Part shown: one piece after another, positions 20,288-30,871 of the stretch | Layout: each line of letters begins with the position of its first letter | How positions within the stretch are numbered: position 1 is the first letter of the stretch | Assembly (NCBI GenBank): GCA_965248925.1 | Contig: CBDFLE010000005.1 | Span: forward strand, 640,001-704,000 | DNA from: Candidatus Multivoradales bacterium | GTDB lineage: Bacteria; Acidobacteriota; Thermoanaerobaculia; Multivoradales; J023 | DNA length: 64,000 nt | Direction: 5' to 3' | The notes under the pieces: generated by a model | What the model was told of the DNA's origin: nothing | What the model saw: only the letters and a program-made list of their open reading frames with translations | Database searches by the model: none | Position numbers and translations under genes: made by a program

Positions 20288-21163
20288 CTATTCTCCTTGT
20301 AGGGCGCTGGGTAGGCGAGGCAAATCGGGGACCGGGCTGTCGAGTTCGCTGCCCAAGTCACCCAGCAAGTCGGCGTGCTGTTCCATCCACAAGCTGGTCT
20401 CCTGCATTGATGAGCTGACCTGATCGAGGCGACTCGACAGCTGATCGGCGCCGCCGCTGACCGCGGTCTCCTCACGGATCAACTCGACTTGGCCCTCGAT
20501 GCGCCGCAACTCGGCATCAATCACATCGAGACTCTCGCGGGCGCGGGCGAAATTATCTAGCCGCTTGCCGGTGATCTCCAACGTGCTCCGCAGCGATCGC
20601 GCCAACGCCGGTTGGGCCTCGGCGTCGATTCCTTCCAGCCGCTCTTCGAGTCGGGTGATCTCGCCGCGCAGGCCGTCCGGGTTGAGATTGTGCAGGTTGG
20701 CCATGATCGCCCGCCGCGATGAGAGCAGGCGGAGAAAGATCCGCAGCATCTGGTTGAGGCCATGATTTCGTAGTTCGCCGACGTTGCCCAGGCTGTCTCC
20801 ACGGTCCTGGCGCAAACCGAGAATGCGGCGACACTGGTCGAGCAGCTGGCGATAGCGCTGCCTGCTGTCTGCCGATAGACGGCTCAAGGTGTCACCGATT
20901 CTGGCCTCATAGTTCTCTTGCACCGCCAGCAAGCGTTCGCCCTGAATCAACTTTTGAAACCTGGCACTGCTGGCCATCCCGAAGAGGTAGGTCAACTCGC
21001 CAGCAGCCCCCAGCAGCCAGAAGCCGGGATTGGCGATACCCAGCACGCCGAAGATGCCCAAGGCCATCCAATTGGCCGGCAACTGGCCCAGCAGTGGCAG
21101 GCTAGCCCTGCGGCTGAAGGCTTCCTTCAGATAGTCGCCGAATCCGAGCGGCCTCGCCATCAA
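20288..21163 (-). CDS. 2-TM coiled-coil hypothetical protein
   Basis: Two N-terminal TM helices followed by a long heptad-rich helical region; translationally coupled within the operon. Confidence 0.75.
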   Translation of the reverse strand: MMARPLGFGDYLKEAFSRRASLPLLGQLPANWMALGIFGVLGIANPGFWLLGAAGELTYLFGMASSARFQKLIQGERLLAVQENYEARIGDTLSRLSADSRQRYRQLLDQCRRILGLRQDRGDSLGNVGELRNHGLNQMLRIFLRLLSSRRAIMANLHNLNPDGLRGEITRLEERLEGIDAEAQPALARSLRSTLEITGKRLDNFARARESLDVIDAELRRIEGQVELIREETAVSGGADQLSSRLDQVSSSMQETSLWMEQHADLLGDLGSELDSPVPDLPRLPSALQGE

Positions 21164-22038
21164 TCTGCCTCTGCTTTTGCCAGGGTCCTCGCCACCTCGC
21201 GCACCGCGTCGCGAAAATCACTGCGCTCCTGCACCAACAGCGGATCGGCCAAGCGATCGGGAGGGAAGATATCGTCGAAAGTGTGGGCGATAGTGCCTGG
21301 TGCCGAAGACATTACCCACACCCGGTCACCGAGGTAGACCGCCTCGGAAAGGGAGTGGGTGATCAGGAAAACGGTGGCCTCGACCTCGTGCCAGAGTTCG
21401 GTGATCAAGCGCTGCATTTCATAGCGAGTAGGTTCGTCCAAAGCCGAGAAAGGCTCGTCCATCAAGATAATGCGCGGCTTGAGCACCAGGGTGCGAGCGA
21501 TCGCCACCCGCTGCTGTTGGCCGCCGGAGAGCTGCTTGGGGTACTTCTTCTCGTGCCCATCGAGGCCCACTCGGCGGATCAGCTGCATCGCCCGGTCTTC
21601 CATTTCCGAGCGGCTCAAGCCCAGCTCGCGCTTGGCCAGTTCGAGACCGAAAGTGACGTTACGCAGCACGGTGAGGTGGGGAAAAGAGCTGTAGCGCTGA
21701 AAAATCTGGCCCCGGTCACGGCCCGGCCCGGTGACTTCCTGGCCGCGAACCTTCACCGAGCCCCGAGTCGCCGGATAGACGTCGGGGAAGCCCTGAATCA
21801 GATTGAAAATCGTTGACTTGCCACAGCCGGAAGGGCCGATCAGCGAGATGAACTCTCCCTTGTCTTTGACATCCTCGACGCGAAAATCAACATCGCGAAT
21901 GGCGGTGTAGGCACGCGCCGTGCCGGGATTGAAGGTCTTCTCAACGCTGGCGAATTCCACCACCGGCGGTTCTTGACTCGCCAATCCGGCCGTTGCCTGG
22001 CCGGCTGCCGCGCCAGCCTTCTCCTGGGAGCCACTCAT
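21160..22038 (-). CDS. ABC transporter ATP-binding protein (NitT/TauT family)
   Basis: [27 protein letters not shown] and ITHSLSEA. Confidence 0.95.
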   Translation of the reverse strand: MSGSQEKAGAAAGQATAGLASQEPPVVEFASVEKTFNPGTARAYTAIRDVDFRVEDVKDKGEFISLIGPSGCGKSTIFNLIQGFPDVYPATRGSVKVRGQEVTGPGRDRGQIFQRYSSFPHLTVLRNVTFGLELAKRELGLSRSEMEDRAMQLIRRVGLDGHEKKYPKQLSGGQQQRVAIARTLVLKPRIILMDEPFSALDEPTRYEMQRLITELWHEVEATVFLITHSLSEAVYLGDRVWVMSSAPGTIAHTFDDIFPPDRLADPLLVQERSDFRDAVREVARTLAKAEAD

Positions 22039-23066
22039 CGATGGGCCTCACGGTAGGGAAAGAGCTTGTGGCCGAGCATCTGCCACAGCTTGTCGGTGAG
22101 GAAGGCGACGGTCACGATCAGCAGAATGATCAAATAGATGTGCGGGCGGAGTTCGCCGCGGCGCTGTGAAATGAGGATCATGCCGCCGACTCCCTTGCCG
22201 ATGTCGACCATCTCGACCAGGATGATGTAGCTCCAACCGATGCCAAAACCGAGGCGCATGGCCTGGAAGACATCTTGCCACGACACCGCCAGCAGCACCT
22301 TCAAGACCGCTTGTAGCTTGCTGGCGCCGAGGGTGTAAGCGGTCTTGAGATAGATCTCGTCGACCCCTTCCACCGCGGCGACGATCAACGGCAACATGTA
22401 GATCGAGAAGGCCATGGCCAGAAAAGCGACCTTCTGCTTTTCGTCAGTGCCGAAGAGACTCAAACTGAGTGGCACCAGGGCGGGAATCGGCAAGTAGGCG
22501 CCGAAAACCGCCAGCGGGTTGAACATCGCCTTGATCTTGCTGAAAGCACCCATCAACAGACCCAGGGGAAAGGCGATCGCCAATCCCACCGCGAATCCTG
22601 CTAGCACTCGGCCGAATGAAATTCCCAGATGGCGGACCACCGCCCGATCGAACCACAGGGAGGGGAAGGACCGCGCCACCTCCAGTGGACTGGGGAGGAT
22701 GACCGAGGAGATCATCCGCGATTCCACCGTCGGGCCGGCGGTCACCCCCCACCACAGAGCGAGGAGGGCGAGGATTGGCGTCAGACCCAACAGCCAATGC
22801 ATCCAAGTAGGTACGTCTTCGCGAATGCGCAGCCAGCCGAAGGGGCCGCGCGAGGGTGGAGGAGCGCCCGCCTCGAGCAGTTCGTCAACCTCTTCCTGGT
22901 CGGTAGCCGCCCCTTCTTCGTCACTCTGGCTAGGCTCGTCGCCGTCGTTGTAGAACAAAGACAGCAGGCCGCCGTCGTCGTCTTCCTCCGCTGTGGTTGG
23001 GTTGCCGGCGGCGGATGCATCGACGGGCGACGGCGGCTGGCGCCTATCTTGGCCGCGATCACTCAA
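22035..23066 (-). CDS. ABC transporter permease (NitT/TauT family) with acidic N-terminal extension
   Basis: LPSP, six TM segments and an EAA-like loop ([10 protein letters not shown]). Confidence 0.92.
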   Translation of the reverse strand: MSDRGQDRRQPPSPVDASAAGNPTTAEEDDDGGLLSLFYNDGDEPSQSDEEGAATDQEEVDELLEAGAPPPSRGPFGWLRIREDVPTWMHWLLGLTPILALLALWWGVTAGPTVESRMISSVILPSPLEVARSFPSLWFDRAVVRHLGISFGRVLAGFAVGLAIAFPLGLLMGAFSKIKAMFNPLAVFGAYLPIPALVPLSLSLFGTDEKQKVAFLAMAFSIYMLPLIVAAVEGVDEIYLKTAYTLGASKLQAVLKVLLAVSWQDVFQAMRLGFGIGWSYIILVEMVDIGKGVGGMILISQRRGELRPHIYLIILLIVTVAFLTDKLWQMLGHKLFPYREAHR

Positions 23067-23070
23067 GGCT

Positions 23071-24801
23071 CTACTGTGACTCCGGCGGGTAAACCGAGAC
23101 CTCGACCCGACGGTTCAAGGCGTGGTTGTCGGCATCGCCGAGATCGGCGGGTTCGTTCCAGCCCATCCCTTCGATGACGAATTTGTTGGGATCGAACTGA
23201 TACTTCTCGACCAAGACCCTACCCACCGCTTCGGCGCGCTCGGCGGAAAGCTGCTTCACGTCCTCGAAGCGCACCCCACGGCCGCGCATTGACCCGTCAG
23301 TGTGGCCGACGATGGCCACCACCGCGCGCTCGTATTGGCCGGCCAGTCGGGCGACTCTTTCGAGGGTGCCGTCGACCGTCGGATCGTAGAGCGTGCCGGT
23401 CAAGCCATTACCGTCGTCATCGTGCTTCGGCTCGTAGAGATTCGATGAGTTGGGGTAGAAGTTGATGCGGATGGTCTGGGTCAGAATCGGCGACTCGGCC
23501 CGCACCTTGGAGTAGGTGGTGGGCACGAAGCTGGTGTGGTATTCATCCTTCTGATGGGCGAAAGTGCCTTCGCTGTCGAGGGCCTTAAGGATGCTGAAGT
23601 CCATCACTTCATCAAAGCGGGCCGGCGTGCCGATCAGGCCCAACTCGCGGTAAACAAAGGTGATGTTCTTCCAGGTCCGCTCGAAGTTGGCGGGCTCGTT
23701 CTGGTTGAGGAAGAACGCCTTGTTCTCGGCGAAGTTGGTGCGGTGGGCGTCGGCTTCCATGCCTTGCACCTCACCGACGGGCATGCCGTAGCCCTCAGAC
23801 ATCCATTGGAAAGCGTTGGCCTTGAAGCTGTCGTCCTGGCCCAGCTGTTCCATCGCCTTGAAGATCCCCGATACCAATCCCTTGACGATCTCCGGGTGAT
23901 CCTTAGCGAAGTCGGCCCGCACCGCCCAGATATCGGCGATCAGCTTGTTGGCTTCCACCGTGGTGGTGAGAATCTTGGTGCCGGCGACCTTCTCCGGGAT
24001 GTTGTAGATGTCCGGTGCCCAGGAGACACAAGCGTCGATCGATTTGTCGGCGACAAAAGCGGCCGCCGCCTCGAACGCGCTGGCAGTGAACTTGTGGTTG
24101 ATCTCGCTCGGTTGAATGCCGGCATTGAGCAGCAGGTTGTTGAGGAAGTATTGCGAGGGGCTGTTCTGAGCATAGACCACCGTCTTGCCTCGCAGATCCT
24201 CGGCGGTCTCGATGTTGCCGCGCACGACGATGCCATCGCCACCGTTGGACCAGTCGATCAGCTGCGGGATGCGGGGCGCGGTGCGTGAGTCCTGCATCAA
24301 GCCGGGGGCGAAGAGCACCATCATGTCCAGGGTGCCCCACAACACATGGCTATTGCCCGAGGCATAGGCGTCGCGGGCCACCACCGGATCGTCGATCAAC
24401 TTCAGATTAACCTTGAAGCCGTGCTCCTTGAAGAAGATGCTGTCCTCGTTGGGAGCGAAACCACCGTTGGCGGCGACGATCGGCAACCAGCCAATCCAGA
24501 CATTGATCGGGAACTGGACAACTTTTTCGCTGTCGTCCCACTTGTAGTTGCTGACCCCCTGTACCGGAGGCAGCTTCTCTGACGCCACGTAGGCGTATTC
24601 GTTGACTGTCGTCACCCCCTGAGTGTCGGGAGCCTCGATCAGCTGCTGGTCTTTGAACGCAGCCAAGTCGATGTCTGCACTGCCCTTGCCTGAAGGCGCG
24701 ATCAGGTCGCGAAAGTAGTAACCCGCGCCACCGAGCAGCGCCAGGATGAAGAGTAGAAGCACCAACTTGCCGAGAGCAGTCGGTCCGGTTTTTTCAGCCA
24801 T
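23071..24801 (-). CDS. membrane-anchored ABC substrate-binding protein (NMT1/SsuA-like) fused to an OmpA C-terminal domain
   Basis: N-terminal TM; WIGW..DWSNGGDGIV binding domain; OmpA motifs VGHTD, LSAERAEAV and NRRVEV. Confidence 0.88.
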   Translation of the reverse strand: MAEKTGPTALGKLVLLLFILALLGGAGYYFRDLIAPSGKGSADIDLAAFKDQQLIEAPDTQGVTTVNEYAYVASEKLPPVQGVSNYKWDDSEKVVQFPINVWIGWLPIVAANGGFAPNEDSIFFKEHGFKVNLKLIDDPVVARDAYASGNSHVLWGTLDMMVLFAPGLMQDSRTAPRIPQLIDWSNGGDGIVVRGNIETAEDLRGKTVVYAQNSPSQYFLNNLLLNAGIQPSEINHKFTASAFEAAAAFVADKSIDACVSWAPDIYNIPEKVAGTKILTTTVEANKLIADIWAVRADFAKDHPEIVKGLVSGIFKAMEQLGQDDSFKANAFQWMSEGYGMPVGEVQGMEADAHRTNFAENKAFFLNQNEPANFERTWKNITFVYRELGLIGTPARFDEVMDFSILKALDSEGTFAHQKDEYHTSFVPTTYSKVRAESPILTQTIRINFYPNSSNLYEPKHDDDGNGLTGTLYDPTVDGTLERVARLAGQYERAVVAIVGHTDGSMRGRGVRFEDVKQLSAERAEAVGRVLVEKYQFDPNKFVIEGMGWNEPADLGDADNHALNRRVEVSVYPPESQ

Positions 24802-24851
24802 CGGAGTTCCTCCGTTGTTTTCTAGTGCAAGAAGTTTCTAACCAGCGGCAA

Positions 24852-25610
24852 TCAGCCTTCACTGACGCCGGGGCCCATGTCCTTGATTGGGACCGCAGAT
24901 TCTGCGGCCGGGGCGGCGCTCTCGTCCACCGGCATATCGAGGCCATAGGTAGCGGCGAACTCGGCCAGCGCCTGGTCGGCCAGCGCAGCTTGTTCGGCGT
25001 CTTTGAGGTCCACTTCACTGATGTCGATCGAGGACTCGGCGACCCGCGCTCGGCCAGCGGCCTTGTCACGGCGCTCGGTGAGGTAGTCCTCAACACGGTT
25101 CAGGGTGTCGCCGGATCCGCCGATCTCGGTGATCATGCCCTGGGCCATCTCTTGCAGTTCGGCCTGGGCTTCGAGCATCTGCGTTTCGCTGAGCATGCGC
25201 TTCAACGAATCGATCTTGGCCTGCGCCTCGCGCACCGCCACATCGCGGGACTTGACCAGCTTCTTGTAGGTGCCATCGGCGGCCTCGAGCTGGCCGCGAT
25301 TCTCCTCCAACTGCTCACGCACCGTCTTCAGTTGCAAGGCGTACTGGCCGGCGGCGGCGCGATTGCCCACTTTGAGGTTGGCGGCGGCCTTGGCGGCCAG
25401 CTGGCTGTCCTGCTTCTCCAGATTCTTGACCTGGCGCATCAAGCGCTCGACAAAGGCCGCGTGATTGGCCAGGCTCTCGTTGAAGCGCGAGATCTGACTG
25501 CGAAGGTTCTCCTTCTCGGCCTCGATCAAGGCCCGCGGGTTGGACTTCTCGATGCCGGAGATAAACAGGCTCAGGAAGCCCTTGAAGAGGTTGCTGAGGC
25601 GTCGAAACAT
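24852..25610 (-). CDS. pspA: PspA/IM30 (ESCRT-III-like) family protein
   Basis: Amphipathic N-terminus MFRRLSNLFKG, then IEKSNPRALIE and long coiled coil; aaggag RBS before ATG 25610. Confidence 0.85.
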   Translation of the reverse strand: MFRRLSNLFKGFLSLFISGIEKSNPRALIEAEKENLRSQISRFNESLANHAAFVERLMRQVKNLEKQDSQLAAKAAANLKVGNRAAAGQYALQLKTVREQLEENRGQLEAADGTYKKLVKSRDVAVREAQAKIDSLKRMLSETQMLEAQAELQEMAQGMITEIGGSGDTLNRVEDYLTERRDKAAGRARVAESSIDISEVDLKDAEQAALADQALAEFAATYGLDMPVDESAAPAAESAVPIKDMGPGVSEG

Positions 25611-25737
25611 GGGCGGCGTCTCCTTCAGACACCGCGGCTTCCTCGAAGGCTGGCCGCGGCTCGCGTCGTTCGCCGGGGAGGGTAGCGGAGCAGCAAAGCG
25701 CCCGGCATCGTACGTGGTGAATTTCAATCGTGGGGCG

Positions 25738-25759
25738 ATTCTAGCAAACATCTAGCCAA
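25738..25759 (-). promoter_or_regulatory. candidate promoter of the pspA operon
   Basis: Minus strand TTGGCTAGATGTTTGCTAGAAT fits sigma54 GG-N10-GC and also an extended -10 (TGcTAGAAT). Confidence 0.4.
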
Positions 25760-26005
25760 TAAGGCGCGTCTGCGGCCACCGACAGAGGTGGCGGCGAATT
25801 CTTCCCACAGCTGTCTAAACGTCGCCTTTGCAGATAGGTACGGCTACCAGACCGGCGCTATTCGGTCAGCCGATCTAAAGCTGCTCTCTTCGGCCGCCAG
25901 GGGTATCAAGAAGGCTTCTGGGGAGTAGCCGCAGTCGGGCGCCGCTCCTTGTCCCGCCTTGGCAAGCGGCTAGCTGGTTGGCGCTAGCGCAACTGAGCCA
26001 GGACC

Positions 26006-27460
26006 CTAGGGCGAAACGCTAGTCCACTCGCTGGTACTGTTGGACTCGAAGCCATCCTCGAAGATCTTGCCAACGGTGCCGGTGTTAACGGTGATACCGA
26101 AACCCGTAGCGGTAGCGAAATCGACGCTGACCGAGATTGACGCGGCGGCATCGACAAAAGTTTCGCCAACCGTCCACATGGTACCCGCATTGTCACCGAA
26201 ATTGGCCGGGGGATCGGCATCGTCCACCGCCCAAGAGGGTTCCGAGCGACCGACCACTACCTGGTGGATAATCACCGCGTCGCCGACGAGTGCTGCTTCG
26301 TAGTCGCCGCCGCGCAGCCGAGCTTCGACTGTGTACCAATGCGAGCTATCGATCGCAATACGCACCAATTGAAAATTGCTGGCGCCGATCAGAGAAGTGC
26401 GGTCGAGCAAGATCTCGGTGCTGCTGTCGGCCGGCGGCTCGAAGCGCCGCGCCGGCGCGAACCAACCGAGGGAGTCCTTGTGGTAGGCATTCACATGCTT
26501 GCCCAACCGGCCGTAGGTGCCGTCCACGACGGAGTAGGAGGTGGCAGAACTCATCACGTCCCAAGGGCTGTCGTAGGGATTGGAATCGCCGTCAAAATTG
26601 TTGGCGTGGGGTAGGCCGAATCCATGTCCCATCTCGTGGGCGATCACCCCTTCGTCGGCGTAGCCCCAGGGCGGCTCCCAAGTCGTGCGCCAAGTCTTCG
26701 CCACCCCATCGAGGGTGGCGAAGCGGCTGCCGCCCCAAGCGCAACAGTCAAGCAAGCCGTTGAGCATGATGTTGATGCCTGCGAAGGGATTGCCGCCGCC
26801 CGAGAAGTCGACAAACGGGTCCGCCGCGGCTGTGCAATCGTTGAAAATAAGATTCAGGTTGGCGTTGGTACCGCTGCCCGGAGTGGGTACGTAGCTGTTA
26901 TGGGTACCGGGTAGGGCCACCCAATCTATTGCCGTCGAGCCGATGATGTCGATTTGGCCGGCTGAGACCTCACGCCAAAAGTGATCCAGCCCGCCGGGTG
27001 CGTTGGCATACATGCCGTTGAAGAAACCCTGGTCCCGCGGCTCGGTAGCTACGTCCGAGAACTTACACAGCAACGATACCCAGGGCTGGGAACCGCTGAC
27101 TACCCCACGCGCATCAGTTTCGCCGAGCAAGCGGATGGCGGCGACGTCAAAGTGCTGCTCGCCAGCGGCGGCTTGGGCGGCGAGGCGGGGGAAAACCCGC
27201 ACGCGCCGACCGTCCCATCTGGCCACGCCACCGCGCAGCAACTCGAAGCTCATGCTCAGCTCCCGGCTGACTCCTTGTTCGTCGGTGAGCAGAATCCTGC
27301 GCGGGGTGGCGATTACGGCACCGGGCTGCGAATCGCCCCAGACGATGCTCAACCAACCGACTACGGAGGGCGCGAGGTCAGCGGCGAGCGTCGGGGCCGC
27401 CAGCAGCATGGTCAGCAGACAGAAGGCGGCGGAGCACGATGGCACTTTGAAGGAGGTCAT
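26006..27460 (-). CDS. secreted metzincin metalloprotease (M6/M11-like) with C-terminal IFEDGFES motif
   Basis: Signal peptide, HEMGHGFGLPH, Met-turn WDVMS and C-terminal KIFEDGFESNSTSEW. Confidence 0.85.
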   Translation of the reverse strand: MTSFKVPSCSAAFCLLTMLLAAPTLAADLAPSVVGWLSIVWGDSQPGAVIATPRRILLTDEQGVSRELSMSFELLRGGVARWDGRRVRVFPRLAAQAAAGEQHFDVAAIRLLGETDARGVVSGSQPWVSLLCKFSDVATEPRDQGFFNGMYANAPGGLDHFWREVSAGQIDIIGSTAIDWVALPGTHNSYVPTPGSGTNANLNLIFNDCTAAADPFVDFSGGGNPFAGINIMLNGLLDCCAWGGSRFATLDGVAKTWRTTWEPPWGYADEGVIAHEMGHGFGLPHANNFDGDSNPYDSPWDVMSSATSYSVVDGTYGRLGKHVNAYHKDSLGWFAPARRFEPPADSSTEILLDRTSLIGASNFQLVRIAIDSSHWYTVEARLRGGDYEAALVGDAVIIHQVVVGRSEPSWAVDDADPPANFGDNAGTMWTVGETFVDAAASISVSVDFATATGFGITVNTGTVGKIFEDGFESNSTSEWTSVSP

Positions 27461-27579
27461 TCATTTTCCTCGGGAAATAATAGCTCAGCGTATGCAAAAC
27501 TCACTATAACACGCATGGACCAGCGGCCGTTGGGGTCGGGCAAAACCTGTCGGCAGCTGGAGTCTTTGTCCCTTTCGCC

Positions 27580-28785
27580 CTAGTTGAAATCGATCTGGTA
27601 GCGGCCTTCAGCCATCAGCAGGACGGCCTGATCGTGTTCAAAGTGCAGCTCAACAGCAAGCACTTCAACCCTTGGTTGGGTTTCCCGCAGATAGACCCGA
27701 TCGATGTGCACCACTGCTTCGGGTCGGCTGAAATCAGCCGCGCCTACCTGCCCGCCGAAGTGGTCGCTGCGTCCGAAGGCGATGTGCAGACCCAGTTTCT
27801 CGTCGAGCAGAATCTCACCTACCGGGCGGACGCCGAAATCCGCCAGCACTCCCAGGCCAAGTTCGGCCAAATTGCCATAGGCCGGCTCGGCACTCAGGCG
27901 GGCAGCCTCGCTTTTGGCGACCGCTCCCCCAGCCTCAACCGCCACCGCTCGATTGCGGTCGATACGGTAGATCACAACTTCGCCGTCCAGCTCCACTGGC
28001 AGGGTGCCGGCACTAAGGCTGGGATCGCCATCCTGCTCCCCTTCATAGGGCACGATGTAGGACTCGCCGGAGGGCAGGTTGCCGGCGTTACCCGGCTCTG
28101 GCAGCAGGCCGCCCGAAGCGTGGGCGGTGCGGTGGCGCAAGTCGAGAATCAGCCGATGAGTCTTGCCGGCGGCAGCGAAGCGAAGCTCGGCTCGCTGGGC
28201 GCGGTCGAGCAAGCCCTTCAGCAGCCGCACTCGACGATCGATCTCCACGTAGTCGAGGCGCAGCGCCGGCACCATGGCGCTGCTGAAACCGGGCAAAGTG
28301 GCGGCCCGCAGCTGGTGCCGCGGCGCCGCCAGCTTAAGCGGTGCGGTGGTCGACAGTTCAGTGGGTGCCAGCAGCAGGTCGAGGCGGTTGAAAATCTCAC
28401 TGAAGGACTCGCCGCGGTTGGGATCGAGCTGATCCGCATCGGTAGGCAGGTCGCCTGCCTGGTAACGCCAGGCGGTCGCTGGCAAGTCGGCGTTGTTCCG
28501 CCGCGCGTTGCGATAGAGGTAGAGTTCGATTTCCAGCCCTAGCTGGTCCTGTTGGGCGCGGAGACGCTGATACCAATCGAGCGCCATTTGCCGCCGCTTC
28601 TGCCAGCCGGAATGGTCGGCCAGTTGGGCATCCGGCAGATCGGTGATGACCGCTAACCGACGATCCTCGTCACGCAAGCTGAAAACCCGGCGGACAAGAT
28701 CGACCAGCTCGTCATCAGAGAGCCGCAGATCACTGGTAGAGGCGGCGGGGGAGTAGGTCATCAGTGGATCCTCACCACGGCTCAA
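27580..28785 (-). CDS. M29-like (thermophilic) aminopeptidase-related protein
   Basis: GNLPSGE, LAELGLG, LDEKLGLHIAFGRSDHFGG and VHID. Confidence 0.7.
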   Translation of the reverse strand: MSRGEDPLMTYSPAASTSDLRLSDDELVDLVRRVFSLRDEDRRLAVITDLPDAQLADHSGWQKRRQMALDWYQRLRAQQDQLGLEIELYLYRNARRNNADLPATAWRYQAGDLPTDADQLDPNRGESFSEIFNRLDLLLAPTELSTTAPLKLAAPRHQLRAATLPGFSSAMVPALRLDYVEIDRRVRLLKGLLDRAQRAELRFAAAGKTHRLILDLRHRTAHASGGLLPEPGNAGNLPSGESYIVPYEGEQDGDPSLSAGTLPVELDGEVVIYRIDRNRAVAVEAGGAVAKSEAARLSAEPAYGNLAELGLGVLADFGVRPVGEILLDEKLGLHIAFGRSDHFGGQVGAADFSRPEAVVHIDRVYLRETQPRVEVLAVELHFEHDQAVLLMAEGRYQIDFN

Positions 28786-29924
28786 ACCGATGCCGCCAGC
28801 TCGACCAACCTGTCGCCGATGACTGCTACACGCCAGCCGCGAAGCGCCTCGGGGAGAATCATCTCGCTGCCTTCGAGGCTGCGACGCAGAGTGTCTTCCA
28901 CGCTGCGTCGGTTGGACAGCAGCTCTGGCGGGACATTGAGCTCAGCAGCCACGGCACTGACCTCCTGGCGCATCCTCGCCACGGTGCTCTTGTAGGGTCG
29001 CAAATCCGCGCCCTGGGAGAGGTCGGGGGGCAGGCACTCCTCGGCTAAGGAGCGTGCATCGGCGACCAACTGTAAGATTCTGGCACCGTAGCGTTGCACC
29101 AAGCCTGCCTCCATGCCCCTTATCTGGCTCAACTGACGCTGGGTTTCTGGCATCCGCTGGGCAATGTCGACCAGCAGATGTTCGTGGATGACGAAGTTGC
29201 GAGGTAGATCCCGGCTTCGAGCTTGCTCCTCGCGCCAAGCGGCGAGCTGCTGCAAGGCGCCGCGGCGTCGCCGGTCGAGGCGGCCACCGCCCTTGATCTT
29301 GCGATAGACCTGCTCCGGCTCAGGTAGGAAACGGTGCGGGTCCATCAATCCCTCAAGATCCTCCTGCAACCAACTCAGCCGGCCGAGCTGCTCGAGTTCG
29401 GCACTCAGTAAGCGATGCAGCGGCAGCAGGTAGAGCACATCGAGCGCGGCGTAGCGTAGCTGGGCCGCGGACAAAGGACGTCGGGTCCAGTCGGTGCGGG
29501 TCTCTCCCTTGGGCAGGGCAACGCCGAAAAAGCGCTCGACCAAGCGGCTATAGCCCAGCGAGTAGCCATGACCGGCGAAGGCGGCGGCGAGCTGGGTGTC
29601 GAACAAAGGCCGTGGAAAATCGTCGCCCAGGCGATGTAGGACTTCGAGATCTTCGCTGCAAGAATGGAAGACCTTGGCCACCTCTCGGTTGGCCAGCAGC
29701 TCCAAGAGGGGTGTCAGATCCAGTTGCAGAGGATCGACCAACCAGATCTGTTGCTCGGTCGCCACTTGCAGCAGACCGAGACGGGCGTAGAAGGTGCGCG
29801 TACGCACAAACTCGGTATCCAAGGCTAAAGCACTGGCGTCTTGCCACTGGGCAGCGGCCTGGTTGAGTTCATCCTGGTTTTTCACCAGAGTGGATGCGAG
29901 TTGGGGAATCGTTTCAGCGGTCAT
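28782..29924 (-). CDS. rnd: ribonuclease D
   Basis: ALDTEF, HSCSEDL, FDTQLAA, TDWTRRPL, YAALDV and an HRDC domain (WREEQARSRDLP). Confidence 0.93.
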   Translation of the reverse strand: MTAETIPQLASTLVKNQDELNQAAAQWQDASALALDTEFVRTRTFYARLGLLQVATEQQIWLVDPLQLDLTPLLELLANREVAKVFHSCSEDLEVLHRLGDDFPRPLFDTQLAAAFAGHGYSLGYSRLVERFFGVALPKGETRTDWTRRPLSAAQLRYAALDVLYLLPLHRLLSAELEQLGRLSWLQEDLEGLMDPHRFLPEPEQVYRKIKGGGRLDRRRRGALQQLAAWREEQARSRDLPRNFVIHEHLLVDIAQRMPETQRQLSQIRGMEAGLVQRYGARILQLVADARSLAEECLPPDLSQGADLRPYKSTVARMRQEVSAVAAELNVPPELLSNRRSVEDTLRRSLEGSEMILPEALRGWRVAVIGDRLVELAASV

Positions 29925-30071
29925 CAGTTCTCGGTAGTAGCTCGGAGTTGATTGGCGGGGTAGCCCGCAAAAGCAGCCGGGGGGCTGCAAGAGGGGAGGA
30001 TCTATCGTCGCCCTATCCTACCAGGCAGGGTGCGGCTATCTCTCCAATCGAGCCTCGGCGTGGGGAGAAAT

Positions 30072-30815
30072 CTAAGGCCTTTTCCGGTGTCGCGCCGCTA
30101 ACAAGTCGGCCCAGCCGTGTCGCTTCGCCTGCCAGCCCGCGATGGGTAAGAGGGCGAGCAGTAACAACGCCAGAAGGGTAGGCCTAAGCTGCGGCCGCAG
30201 GCCATCGCTGGATTCGCCCAGGCGCAACATGCGGTCGGCGGCCCAGCCGTAGGTCAGAGTGCCGGGAACGATGCCGATCAAGGTGGCCAGCGCGAAGGGA
30301 AAGAAGCTGATGCGGGTCAGTCCACAGAGCAGGTTGAGCAGGGTGAAGGGCAAGGACGGCAGGACCCGCAACCAGAGTACGATCCAACCGTCGAACTCCG
30401 CAGTCTGGCGGTCGAGTCGCAGCAATGCTGGATGGCTACTTAGCCTTCGCGTGATCCACCGCCGAGCCAGACCACGCGCTAGCAAGAAAGAACCGCAGGC
30501 GCCCAGCGTGCCACTGCACACAGCGACTCCAACCGCTGGCCACAATCCCAGTATGGCGACAGCGGCGATTAGCAGCAGAGTGGCGGGAATACCTAGTAGG
30601 GTGCCGAGAGCGAAGGCTACCGTCGCTGCCGGATATGCCCAAACGCCCAGTTTCTCCGCCAGCTTGGCCAGAGTTTGCCCAGAGGGCAGTGCCCACTCAG
30701 ACCAGCTCCACCAGGCCAATAGAACTAGCGCTAGAATCCCCACTGTGAGCAGCGCCGGGCTGCGAGGTAAGCGCCGTTGGCGGTTCAGCGGCCCACCCCA
30801 GATCGAGGCTGGCAC
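30072..30815 (-). CDS. TVP38/TMEM64 (VTT/DedA superfamily) membrane protein
   Basis: LRVLPSLPFTLLNLLCG and ATLIGIVPG motifs. Confidence 0.88.
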   Translation of the reverse strand: MPASIWGGPLNRQRRLPRSPALLTVGILALVLLAWWSWSEWALPSGQTLAKLAEKLGVWAYPAATVAFALGTLLGIPATLLLIAAVAILGLWPAVGVAVCSGTLGACGSFLLARGLARRWITRRLSSHPALLRLDRQTAEFDGWIVLWLRVLPSLPFTLLNLLCGLTRISFFPFALATLIGIVPGTLTYGWAADRMLRLGESSDGLRPQLRPTLLALLLLALLPIAGWQAKRHGWADLLAARHRKRP

Positions 30816-30871
30816 CAGCGGGAGCGGCGCCGAGCTGTGGATCTTTTCTTTGCTTCCATCGTAGTTTTATT

